Shown one piece after another: positions 41,813-50,283 of a stretch of DNA of 64,000 nt (position 1 is its first letter; each line of letters opens with the position of its first letter). Source of the DNA: Myxococcota bacterium (GTDB taxonomy: Bacteria > Myxococcota_A > UBA796 > CAJQPC01); the NCBI GenBank assembly GCA_036012755.1, contig DASCPX010000071.1, forward strand, positions 64,001 to 128,000, in the 5' to 3' direction. Both the position numbers and the translations under genes were made by a program. The notes beneath the pieces are model-generated. The model saw only the letters and a list, made by a program, of their open reading frames with translations, was not told the origin of the DNA and made no database searches.

Positions 41813-43098
41813 TTTCGGGACCGGAGCGTCCGCTTCGCCGAACGGATGAGCTGGACGAGCGGGATCTCGGAGGGGCATGCCCAGGTGCAGGCGCCGCACT
41901 CCATGCAGTCCAGGACGTTCCAGTTCTCCATCTCGTCGACGAACCCGGCCCGGGCGAGGCGGCCGAAGAGCGAGGGGTTCAGCTTGTAGCCGCAGGCCTC
42001 GAGGCAGCGGCCACAGCGAATGCAGGGCCCGGCCTCGGCGAGGTCGAGGTCACCCTCTCGGAACACCAGCAGACCGCTGGTTCCCTTGAGGACCGGGGCG
42101 TCCAGCGCCGTGACGGGCATGCCCATCATCGGTCCGCCCATCACGATCTGGACTCCCTCCTCTGGGGCGCCGCAGTGGGCGAGCACGTCCCGGATGGGCG
42201 TGCCGATGGGGACCCGCAGGTTGGCAGGTCGGGCCACCGCGGGTCCGGACACCGTCACCGTCCGGTCGATCAGCGGGATTCCCAGCTCGATCCAGTCGGC
42301 GATCGCCGCCATCGTGCTGACGTTGTTGACCACCATCTCCAGATCCAGCGGGAGCTTGCCAGCTGGCACCTCCACGCCGAAGAGGGCGTGGATGAGCATC
42401 TTCTCGGCGCCCTGGGGGTACTTCACCTGGACCGGCTGCACCTTGATGCTTCGCTGTCCCATCGCTCCCAGCAAGGCCGCTACCGCGTCCGGCTTGTTCT
42501 CCTCGACCCCGATGACAGCGCGCTCCGCGCCAAGGGCCTCGACCACCAACTCGACGCCACGCAGCACGCGGTCGGGCTGCTCGACCATGGTGCGGTGATC
42601 GCTGGTCAACAGCGGCTCGCACTCGCAGCCGTTGAGCACGAGATCCTTGCAGCGACGACCCTCTGAGAGGGAGTACTTCACGTGAGAGGGAAAGGCCGCG
42701 CCGCCGAGGCCGACGATGCCACCCGCCTGCACCAACTCGACGAAGTCCTCGCCCTCGGGCGCCTCCGTCACCAGCTCCTGGCTGTCCCAGGGGTCGGCCT
42801 CGATCTCGATGGCGGGCAAGAGCGAGCCCGTGGGGTGGCGGTGGCGCTGGACGCTGCGGACCCGCCCGGTGACGGGGCTGTGGAGCGAGGTGGACACGAA
42901 GCCACCCGGAGAGGCGATGAGCTGCCCCCGGCGGACCTCGTCCCCGACATCGACGAGCGGCTTGCTCGGAGCGCCGATGTGTTGGCCGAGCAGCATCACG
43001 AAGCGCTGGCCGAAGGGCATGCGCCGGACCGCAAGGTGCGCCGTCCTCCCCTTGTCGTCGTGCGGGTGGACGCCGTGCTCGAAGGTCGGGGAGCTCAC
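41809..43098 (-). CDS. rnfC: Rnf complex subunit C
   Basis: QHIGAP, AGGIVGLGGAAFPSHVK, NGCECEP, KYPQGAEK, GGPMMG, CIRCGRC and CMECGAC. Confidence 0.95.
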   Translation of the reverse strand: MSSPTFEHGVHPHDDKGRTAHLAVRRMPFGQRFVMLLGQHIGAPSKPLVDVGDEVRRGQLIASPGGFVSTSLHSPVTGRVRSVQRHRHPTGSLLPAIEIEADPWDSQELVTEAPEGEDFVELVQAGGIVGLGGAAFPSHVKYSLSEGRRCKDLVLNGCECEPLLTSDHRTMVEQPDRVLRGVELVVEALGAERAVIGVEENKPDAVAALLGAMGQRSIKVQPVQVKYPQGAEKMLIHALFGVEVPAGKLPLDLEMVVNNVSTMAAIADWIELGIPLIDRTVTVSGPAVARPANLRVPIGTPIRDVLAHCGAPEEGVQIVMGGPMMGMPVTALDAPVLKGTSGLLVFREGDLDLAEAGPCIRCGRCLEACGYKLNPSLFGRLARAGFVDEMENWNVLDCMECGACTWACPSEIPLVQLIRSAKRTLRSRK

Positions 43099-46000
43099 TG
43101 CTCGACTCCTTCCAGGATCCCCGCGAGCGACATCAGCCGCCCCTCCAGCCGGTCGGCGAAGCGCTGGTCCTCGTCGGCCTTCAGCTCCGCGCGATCTTCC
43201 TCCAGCTCGGACCGCAGCTCGGCCTCGCGGGCTGCGTACTGAGCCTCCAGCTCCTGGCGGAGGCCAGGCAGGGCCCGGAGCTCGCTCAGCACGCCGTCGG
43301 TCTCGCTCTCCAGGCGCAGCTCGGCCAGGGGCGCTCCGGGGGCGAGGCGCCACAGCGGCCAGCGGCCCATGGCCACCACCTCGGCGGAGGTGGGTATGGC
43401 CGAGGAGCTGTCCGCAGGGGTCGGTGCATGGATCCGGACCACCGCAGGACCATCGTGGGCCAGGGCCTCGAGGAGGACCTCCGCGAGGTGGTCGGGGTGG
43501 CCGACCGCGGTCTGCGCGACCAAGGCCCCCCGGCGCCACAGGGCCAGCAGCTCCAGCTCGGCGGGATCCTGGTGATCGCAGAGGATCAGGACCTTCAGCG
43601 GCAGCTCCCCGAGGTTCGCGCGAAGCAGCTCGTCACCGCCCACGACGACCACCGGCGGCGGGTGGCACGCCGGTGGCTCCTGCTTCAGCTCCCTGCACGC
43701 GGCGCGGAGGTGCTCATCGCCCTCATCGACCTGTGCGAGCTGCCCCTTCGCCAGCCCCTCGGCGAGCTCCATCGCGCGGCCGGCGCCAGCGACGACGACG
43801 GGCACCTGGAAGGGGTTGTAGGGAAACTCGATGCCCCAGTCGGCCGCCAGCTCAGGTGCCAGGACCAGCCCGAACCGAGCCCGCCCCAAGCCACGGGATC
43901 CCTTCTCGAGGCGCTGGCGCAGCCGATCCAGATCTTCGCAGAGGGCCGCCCGGACGCGCAGTCGCGCACGGTCCTTCGGGGTCAGGGCGCCGTCGGTGCT
44001 GACGTCGCCCTCTGCCAGCGCCTGCTCGAGCGTCGCTCCGCTGGGGAGCGCGCGGGCGAGCTCGTCGCGGACCGCAGCGCCGAGCTCCGCCCTGACGGCC
44101 CGCAAGCGGCGCACATGGTCGACGAGGCGAGGCTGCAGCGCCGCCTCCGCCATCGCCAGGGCAGCCCGGAGGGCCAGCTTGGCTCCAGAGCCGGGAGCCC
44201 GGCCGTTTCCGCCGGCGAGAGCGAAGGCGCAGTGGCGTGTCAGCAGGCGGGCGGCCAGCGGTCCGAGACGAGGCTCCAAGGTCTCCATCGTCGGGCCGGC
44301 GGTGTCCGGCAGACCCTCCCAGACGCTCCAGGCCCGGCGAGCGGCCACCACCCGCTCGGTCGTCTGCGGCTGCATCGTCAGCGCCACGGGCTCACAGGCC
44401 GCGGCGCAGGCCCCGCAGGCGGTGCAGGTGGCCGGATCGACGACCAGCGACAGGAGGATGTCCTCTGACCAGGGGGCGGACAGCGGCAGGCCATCCAGGG
44501 CAGCAGCTCCAGCTTCTATGGCCTCTTCGGGGGCGGCCACGCCAGCCTCGCGCAGGGTGGTCCCCGCGTCAGGCCTGACCTGCTTCCGCACGGCCTTCGC
44601 GAGCTTCTTCGCCAGGGGCTTCAGCGGCGAACCACCAGCCTTGACCGCGACATCGACCAGCGCCCGGCTGTCGATGGCCACGACCCCGATGGCCGCCTCC
44701 GGACACGCGACCCAGCAGTCACCGCAGCCCGTGCACGCATCAGGTGCGAAGGCAGGCAGCGACTCGCGGGTGGCAGAGAGATCGTGGAAGGTCGAGGTCA
44801 GCGGCGGGATGGCGCCGAGCGCCAGCGCCGGATCGGGGGTGAGCGGGGCACCCTCGACGAAGGGCTTGCCCACGCTGCCCCAGAAGCGGCGCACGCCGTC
44901 GGGGGCGGCGTCATCTCCCAGCTCGCGAACGACCAGCGGGGGAAGGCGACCTGGAAGCTCGGGGCGCTGGGTTCGGGCAGGCGGTCCGCCGTCCCAGGCG
45001 CTCTCGAAGTCCTCTAGCCCGTCGTCACCGTAGAGCTCTCTCCAGACGGTCCTGGCGTCGCGCTCCTTCCACTCCAGGCCCTGGGTCCGGAGCCACCCGG
45101 CGAGACCGCCGAGGACCGCGGCAGGAGACCCGTCGAGGTCCAGCTCGGCCCTGACCTTGTCGCCGGGGTCACCGTTGGGCGCGGGGGCCCAGTAGAGCCA
45201 GCGCCGGCGGCTGCGGACGTGACCTCCGACGAGGCGCTGCATGAGCTGGGCCGCTGGCCCGACGAGCTCTTCGGGCAGCGCCACGACGAGACCCTGGGGG
45301 GTGAGGGAGGTCTGCGAGCGCAGCCCCAGTCCAGCTGCCTTCGGGAAGCGCTGCCGCAGCTCCTCGAAGTGCGCCTGCTGGCGGGGATAGGCGCTGTCAG
45401 CGGGCGCGAAGTCGAGACCGAGGTAGACACGCGAAGAGAGCGGCGGAGAGAGGCAGGCCCCAAGCACGTCAGCCGCCGACAGGGGGAACCCGCCGGCTCC
45501 ACCCACCAGGGAGACCACCCGTCCCCTGGCGTGGGGGGCGACCTCGCGCAACAGCGGCGGCTCACTCGCGAGATCGCCGGCCACGCGCTCCATGACGAGC
45601 ACCGTGCGACCGCCGAGCCGTGTGTGCAGCTCCGTCGCCGGGAAGGGTCGAAGGCAGCGCACACCGATGACGCCGAGCTTGCGGCCACCGAGGACACCTT
45701 CGGCGACCTCGACGGCGGAGCCCTGGCTCACGATGACCGTCTCGGCGTTGTCGTCTCCAGCCCAGGACAGGGCGCCGAGGTGGCGTCCGGTGCGCTCACC
45801 GAGCCCCGCGAAGGCCCGGGCGACGAGACCCGGGACCGGCCAGTGGAGGTAGGGCTGGCGCGCAGCCGCGCCAAGGGCCCAGCTCTTGCGGCCCTGGGCG
45901 GCCCCGTGGAGCGCTGGGCGCTCGAGGTCGTGCCACAGCGGAACGCGACGACGGTCATCGCCGAAGAGCACGGACTGGGCGCGGGTCGGGCACTCGATCC

Positions 46001-46535
46001 GCGTGTCGGGCGAGCCGGAGAAGCCCGCTAGCAAGGCCTGATCCGGGAGGCGCAGGGTCTGGGGCGCCGCGGCGGTCTGATCGGCGTCCATTCCCACGAG
46101 CACCGGCAGAAGCGAGGTCTCGGCGATCTCCCGCGCGGCGATGCTCAGGTCGGCCACGTCCTGGACGTTGTGGGCCATGAGCTGCACGCAGCCGGCATCG
46201 GCCACGGCATGCCAGGCGTCATGCCCGGTGCCGCAGGCCACTGCGTGACCGGGGCCTCCTCGGCACACGACGTGCACGACCAGCGGCAAGGAGCGACCTG
46301 CCGCCCAGGCGAGCAGCTCGTGGGCTCCAGCCAGCTCGGGTCCGTCCAGCCAGGCGGTCGCTCGCAGCCCGGCCATGGCCGCCCCCACCGCCTCGGGCAG
46401 CGCGAAGCGCTCGGAGCCGAGCAGCTCCTCCGCCAGGGCCGCCGCCTCGTACCCCGTGAGGACACCGATCTCGCCCCGTTCCTCTGGAGCCTTCGTCCGA
46501 AGACCCTCGACCCACCGCATGATCCGCTCACGCAT
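43095..46535 (-). CDS. Degenerate homodimeric-PFOR-like protein (1146 aa) with two ferredoxin motifs and a C-terminal coiled coil
   Basis: PFOR domain-I/II similarity (HDAWHA, NVQDVAD, CLRPFP, VMER); CTGCGDCWVACP and CTACGACAAAC; PYNPF. No YPITP; the CxGC position reads APGS; the ThDP motif is reduced to GGDE. Confidence 0.8.
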   Translation of the reverse strand: MRERIMRWVEGLRTKAPEERGEIGVLTGYEAAALAEELLGSERFALPEAVGAAMAGLRATAWLDGPELAGAHELLAWAAGRSLPLVVHVVCRGGPGHAVACGTGHDAWHAVADAGCVQLMAHNVQDVADLSIAAREIAETSLLPVLVGMDADQTAAAPQTLRLPDQALLAGFSGSPDTRIECPTRAQSVLFGDDRRRVPLWHDLERPALHGAAQGRKSWALGAAARQPYLHWPVPGLVARAFAGLGERTGRHLGALSWAGDDNAETVIVSQGSAVEVAEGVLGGRKLGVIGVRCLRPFPATELHTRLGGRTVLVMERVAGDLASEPPLLREVAPHARGRVVSLVGGAGGFPLSAADVLGACLSPPLSSRVYLGLDFAPADSAYPRQQAHFEELRQRFPKAAGLGLRSQTSLTPQGLVVALPEELVGPAAQLMQRLVGGHVRSRRRWLYWAPAPNGDPGDKVRAELDLDGSPAAVLGGLAGWLRTQGLEWKERDARTVWRELYGDDGLEDFESAWDGGPPARTQRPELPGRLPPLVVRELGDDAAPDGVRRFWGSVGKPFVEGAPLTPDPALALGAIPPLTSTFHDLSATRESLPAFAPDACTGCGDCWVACPEAAIGVVAIDSRALVDVAVKAGGSPLKPLAKKLAKAVRKQVRPDAGTTLREAGVAAPEEAIEAGAAALDGLPLSAPWSEDILLSLVVDPATCTACGACAAACEPVALTMQPQTTERVVAARRAWSVWEGLPDTAGPTMETLEPRLGPLAARLLTRHCAFALAGGNGRAPGSGAKLALRAALAMAEAALQPRLVDHVRRLRAVRAELGAAVRDELARALPSGATLEQALAEGDVSTDGALTPKDRARLRVRAALCEDLDRLRQRLEKGSRGLGRARFGLVLAPELAADWGIEFPYNPFQVPVVVAGAGRAMELAEGLAKGQLAQVDEGDEHLRAACRELKQEPPACHPPPVVVVGGDELLRANLGELPLKVLILCDHQDPAELELLALWRRGALVAQTAVGHPDHLAEVLLEALAHDGPAVVRIHAPTPADSSSAIPTSAEVVAMGRWPLWRLAPGAPLAELRLESETDGVLSELRALPGLRQELEAQYAAREAELRSELEEDRAELKADEDQRFADRLEGRLMSLAGILEGVEQ

Positions 46536-47361
46536 AGACTCGCTCCAAGACCGGGAACTGCTGGCCGGGGGCCCAGACGATGGCGCCGGTCGGGCAGCGG
46601 GCAGTGATCGCCGGGGTAGCGGGTCCACCACCGGCGTAGTCGACGACCGGCAGTCCATCGACCATGCGGATCAGCTCCTGTGGAGCGTCCTGGGCGCAGC
46701 GACCGCAAGCGTCGCAGGCGACTGCGCAGAGCGCCATGGCGGCCTCGCCAGCCAGCGGCGCGCTGCACTGGACCAGCAGCGCGTGCTCCAGCGGAGTCAC
46801 GTGGAAGAGGTCCCGCGGGCAGGCCTCGACGCAGTCTCCACAGGCAGTGCACTCGAGCACGTCGACCACCGGCAAGCCGTTTCGGTTCATCGAGATGGCG
46901 TCGAAGCCGCAGGCGACCTCGCAGTCGGCGAGGCCGAGGCAACCCCAGGGGCAGGACTTGCCGCCGCCGGAGAGCACCGCCGCCCCCGAGCAGCTGTCGA
47001 AGCCGCGGTACTCGGCGAGCCTTCGGGCCTGGCCGTAGCCCCCCGCGCAGGCCAGGCGGGCGACGCGCTTCGTGGCCTCTCCCGCGTCGACGCCGAGGAG
47101 TTCGGCGACCGCCTCGATGCCCTCTGGGCTGTTGACCGTGCAGTCGGAGGGTGTGTGGGCGCCGGCCAGGAGCTTCACCGCGAAGGCCTTGCAACCCGGC
47201 TCCCCGCAGGCACCGCAGTTCGAGCCCGGCAGGGCCTCGTCGAGGGCCTCCAGCCGAGGGTCCTCGGCCACCCGCAGGAAGCGCCACGCCACCGTGAGCA
47301 CGACCGCGAAGAACAGCGCGATCCCGGTCATGATGCCGATCGCCAGCAGGACGTTCGTCAC
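46528..47361 (-). CDS. rnfB: Rnf complex subunit B (polyferredoxin type)
   Basis: N-terminal TM, LPGSNCGACGEPGC, CLGLADCEVAC, CTACGDCVEACP, CDACGRC, CPTGAI. Confidence 0.92.
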   Translation of the reverse strand: MTNVLLAIGIMTGIALFFAVVLTVAWRFLRVAEDPRLEALDEALPGSNCGACGEPGCKAFAVKLLAGAHTPSDCTVNSPEGIEAVAELLGVDAGEATKRVARLACAGGYGQARRLAEYRGFDSCSGAAVLSGGGKSCPWGCLGLADCEVACGFDAISMNRNGLPVVDVLECTACGDCVEACPRDLFHVTPLEHALLVQCSAPLAGEAAMALCAVACDACGRCAQDAPQELIRMVDGLPVVDYAGGGPATPAITARCPTGAIVWAPGQQFPVLERVYA

Positions 47362-49322
47362 TTCGGAGGCGGCCCGGGGTAGATGCATTTCGCGGGGCAC
47401 TTCTCCGCGGCGGCGACGAGCTCGGCGTGGGTGCCGGCGGCGAGGTCACCGATGGTGGCCTGCTTGTTCTCGTCGTAGATGAACAACAGCGGGTTGATCT
47501 CGAGGCAGTCGTTGCAGCTCGTGCAGAGAGCGCTGTCGATCCAGGCCTCTTCATCGTCATCGTCGTCCTCGACGACGGGCTCGGGCTCGGAGGCCGCAGG
47601 TTCGGGCTCGTCCTCCACCACCGGCGCTGTCACGGCGCGCGGTGGCGGACGCACCGCCGGGGCGGCTTCGCCGTCGATCAACACCGAGGCGAGGCGCTGT
47701 ATTGCCTCTCGGGCAGCCTCGACGCGGAGTCGGGCGAGCTCCTCGCCGTGGACCTCTGCGAGGGCAGCCTGCTCCGACTCGCCCTGTCGCCGGGCCTCTT
47801 CGCGAGCCTGCGCCGCCGCCTGGCGGGCGTGCTCGTTGGCGACGCCCCCCAGCTCCCGGAGGTGCCGCCAGGTGCGCCGCCGGTCGGCGATCGCCAGCCG
47901 CAGCGCGTCCGAACAGCTCTGGGGGCCGTCGTTGGTCGCGACCTCGCCCTCCGGATCGGGCTGGAAGTGGTGCGCAAGCGCCGGGTCGAGCAAGGCGTAG
48001 TCGGCGAAGGTGAAGCCCGTCGACCAGTCCTCCTCTGGCTCGGGGTTTCCAGAGACGTCCATGGCGGCGGCCCAGCTCTCACCCGCCGAGGGGTCGTAGC
48101 GGAACAGGGGCAGGGCCCGGGCGTCGACCGCTGCGCTGGCGGTGAGCCAGGCGCCGATGGGCAGTGTCTCCCCATCCAACAGCCCGCTGGCCACAAGGTG
48201 AAGCGCCGGCCGCAGCCCGCCCAGCGCTGCCCGGAAGCCCTCCCACAGGTGCTCGTGACGAGCAGGGGTGGACTGCTGGACGAAGGCCTGTCGCATGCTG
48301 ACGGCGAGCAGGCCCAGCTCGACCCGGTGCCCGGCCAGCGGATCCTCTCCCGGCGCGAGGCCGGGGTTGCGGGAAGGCTGGACCTCCGCGAGGATCTGCA
48401 GGGGGCGACCGGAGGCGAGGAGGCGGATCAGCGCGCCGAGCTCGCCAGATGCGAGGGTGTCCGCGTCGGTGACCACGATGATGGTGGGCAACAGCGCGGC
48501 CTCCGCCTCGCCGAAACAGCGCCAGTCGAAGGCGTGGAGCAGCGGCTCGTGCCGCTCGGGATCCCAGGCATCGGCGAGCTCCAGCCTGGCGGCCCGCAGG
48601 CCTCCCAGGGCCAGGGCGAGCTCCTGCGCCGCCACGTCGAAGCGGGCAGCAGCCGTCGCGCAGGCCTCGTCTCCGCCAGGCACGACGATGACCGCCGGAC
48701 CGCAGAGGTGGAGCTGCTCGATCAGTGACCGGATGCGCGCCCGGCGCTCTGGCGGCATCGCGAGAGTGCCCCGTCGACCCACCATCGTGGCGAGCGCGCC
48801 AGCGTCCAGGCGCTCTCCGGTAGTCCCACCGAGTTCGCCGCTGCGGTCCTCGTAGGCTCGCTCGACCGCCAGCAGGCTGCGGAGGGCCTGCTGGGTGCTC
48901 TGGAGCTCGGCGACCAGGGCCCGCCGAACGGGCAGCGCGTGTTGGCGCGCGGCCTCCTCGAGCAGAGCCAGCGCCGCCCCGGAGTCGTAGGACAGCAGCC
49001 TGCCTTCGGCTGGCAGCCCCTCGATGAGGTGCTCCAGCAGGGCCGCGAGCTGCTGATCGGGGCCTTCCCCCAGGCCCAGCTGTGCCCGCATCCGTTCGCC
49101 GGCGGCCCGGACGCAGTCACGAGGCGTTGTGCCCTCGCCCTCTCTCAGCGCGGCCTCCAGTCGGCCGAGGTTGTCGCTCAGCAAGGTGGAGCCGAGAGAC
49201 TCGGCGATGCCGCGGATGTGCTCGGAGAGAGGCTCTGGAGCTCCACCGTCCAGCAACAAGGGCCACGGCAGGCGCAGGCGCCCCGGGTCGGCGTAGGGTT
49301 CGAATGCGACGGGCAGGGTCAT
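47358..49322 (-). CDS. PFOR beta-domain-derived protein with a coiled coil and a C-terminal ferredoxin domain
   Basis: LGLLAV...AFVQQST, AVDARALPLFRYDP...GNPEPEEDW; C-terminal CTSCNDC...AAEKCPAKCIYPG; no GDG ThDP motif; GAGG SD before ATG 49322. Confidence 0.78.
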   Translation of the reverse strand: MTLPVAFEPYADPGRLRLPWPLLLDGGAPEPLSEHIRGIAESLGSTLLSDNLGRLEAALREGEGTTPRDCVRAAGERMRAQLGLGEGPDQQLAALLEHLIEGLPAEGRLLSYDSGAALALLEEAARQHALPVRRALVAELQSTQQALRSLLAVERAYEDRSGELGGTTGERLDAGALATMVGRRGTLAMPPERRARIRSLIEQLHLCGPAVIVVPGGDEACATAAARFDVAAQELALALGGLRAARLELADAWDPERHEPLLHAFDWRCFGEAEAALLPTIIVVTDADTLASGELGALIRLLASGRPLQILAEVQPSRNPGLAPGEDPLAGHRVELGLLAVSMRQAFVQQSTPARHEHLWEGFRAALGGLRPALHLVASGLLDGETLPIGAWLTASAAVDARALPLFRYDPSAGESWAAAMDVSGNPEPEEDWSTGFTFADYALLDPALAHHFQPDPEGEVATNDGPQSCSDALRLAIADRRRTWRHLRELGGVANEHARQAAAQAREEARRQGESEQAALAEVHGEELARLRVEAAREAIQRLASVLIDGEAAPAVRPPPRAVTAPVVEDEPEPAASEPEPVVEDDDDDEEAWIDSALCTSCNDCLEINPLLFIYDENKQATIGDLAAGTHAELVAAAEKCPAKCIYPGPPPK

Positions 49323-49329
49323 GTCCACC

Positions 49330-50283
49330 TCAGATGGCGAAGCGGTCGAGCTGGGTCTCCAGGGCGCTCAGCTTCTGTTCGGCGCTGGCTTCGATGCCGA
49401 TAGCGCTGTAGTCGTCGTAGACCGGCCGCGTGGCGTCCTTGAAGAGCAGCCCGATGGGCACGCAGTCCCTGCGATCGGCCAGCGCACGGGCGCCGGCGAG
49501 GTCGGACGGTGCGTGCGCCAGCTCGTTCTCGAAGCTGCGCTTCACAGCGTCGGGATTCGGGATGCCGTCTGCGTCCGAGAGCACGAGGATCCTCTCCGGC
49601 TCCTTCTGCAGCTGGGCGAAGACGTGATCGGTGTAGGTGGGGCAGCGCTGGAGGATGCGGACGAAGGACAGCCCGCGGTGGTCGTGGGCCGCCTTGAGGG
49701 TCTCGTAGAGATGGGGCGGGTTCCAGTCGACGGTCTGGGCCACGAAGGAGGCGTTGGTCATGCCGAGCGTGGTCGCCAGGGGGTCCATGGCGGGCAACCA
49801 GGCACCCCGAGGATGGGTGTTGGTCTTCTCGCCTGGCTCCGTGGTGGGCGAGGTCTGCTTCTTGGTGAGGCCGTAGATGTTGTTGTCGAACAACAGCACG
49901 ACCATGTTCATGTTGTAGCGGATGGCGTGCAGCCAGTGGCCGGCGCCGATGGAGCAGCAGTCGCCGTCACCTGTCGCGACCCAGACGTCCAGGTCGGGGC
50001 GGCGGCACTTGATTCCCTCCGCGACGGGCAGGGCGCGACCGTGCAGACCGTGGAACCCGTAGGTGCCCATGTAGTGGGGGAAGCGGCCGGCGCAGCCAAT
50101 CCCCGACACGCACACGACCTTCTCCGGGCGCAGCTGCTTCTCGCGAAGGAGCCGCTGCACTGCGCTCAGCACGGCGAAGTCGCCGCAGCCCGGGCACCAG
50201 CGCCCTGTTCCGCCCTCGTAGTCCTCGAGGGTGAAGTAGCGAGGCGGGACCTCCATGGACCAGTCGTCCTTGAGACCGAACAT
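49330..50283 (-). CDS. korB: 2-oxoacid:ferredoxin oxidoreductase beta subunit
   Basis: WCPGCGD, SGIGC, HGR, GDGD...DNNIYGLTKKQTSPT, QRCPT. Confidence 0.92.
   Translation of the reverse strand: MFGLKDDWSMEVPPRYFTLEDYEGGTGRWCPGCGDFAVLSAVQRLLREKQLRPEKVVCVSGIGCAGRFPHYMGTYGFHGLHGRALPVAEGIKCRRPDLDVWVATGDGDCCSIGAGHWLHAIRYNMNMVVLLFDNNIYGLTKKQTSPTTEPGEKTNTHPRGAWLPAMDPLATTLGMTNASFVAQTVDWNPPHLYETLKAAHDHRGLSFVRILQRCPTYTDHVFAQLQKEPERILVLSDADGIPNPDAVKRSFENELAHAPSDLAGARALADRRDCVPIGLLFKDATRPVYDDYSAIGIEASAEQKLSALETQLDRFAI

Noticed and set aside
39107..43098. Alternative call as Na+-NQR
   Set aside because: RnfC with two ferredoxin motifs and an RnfB are present, and there is no NqrA or NqrF.
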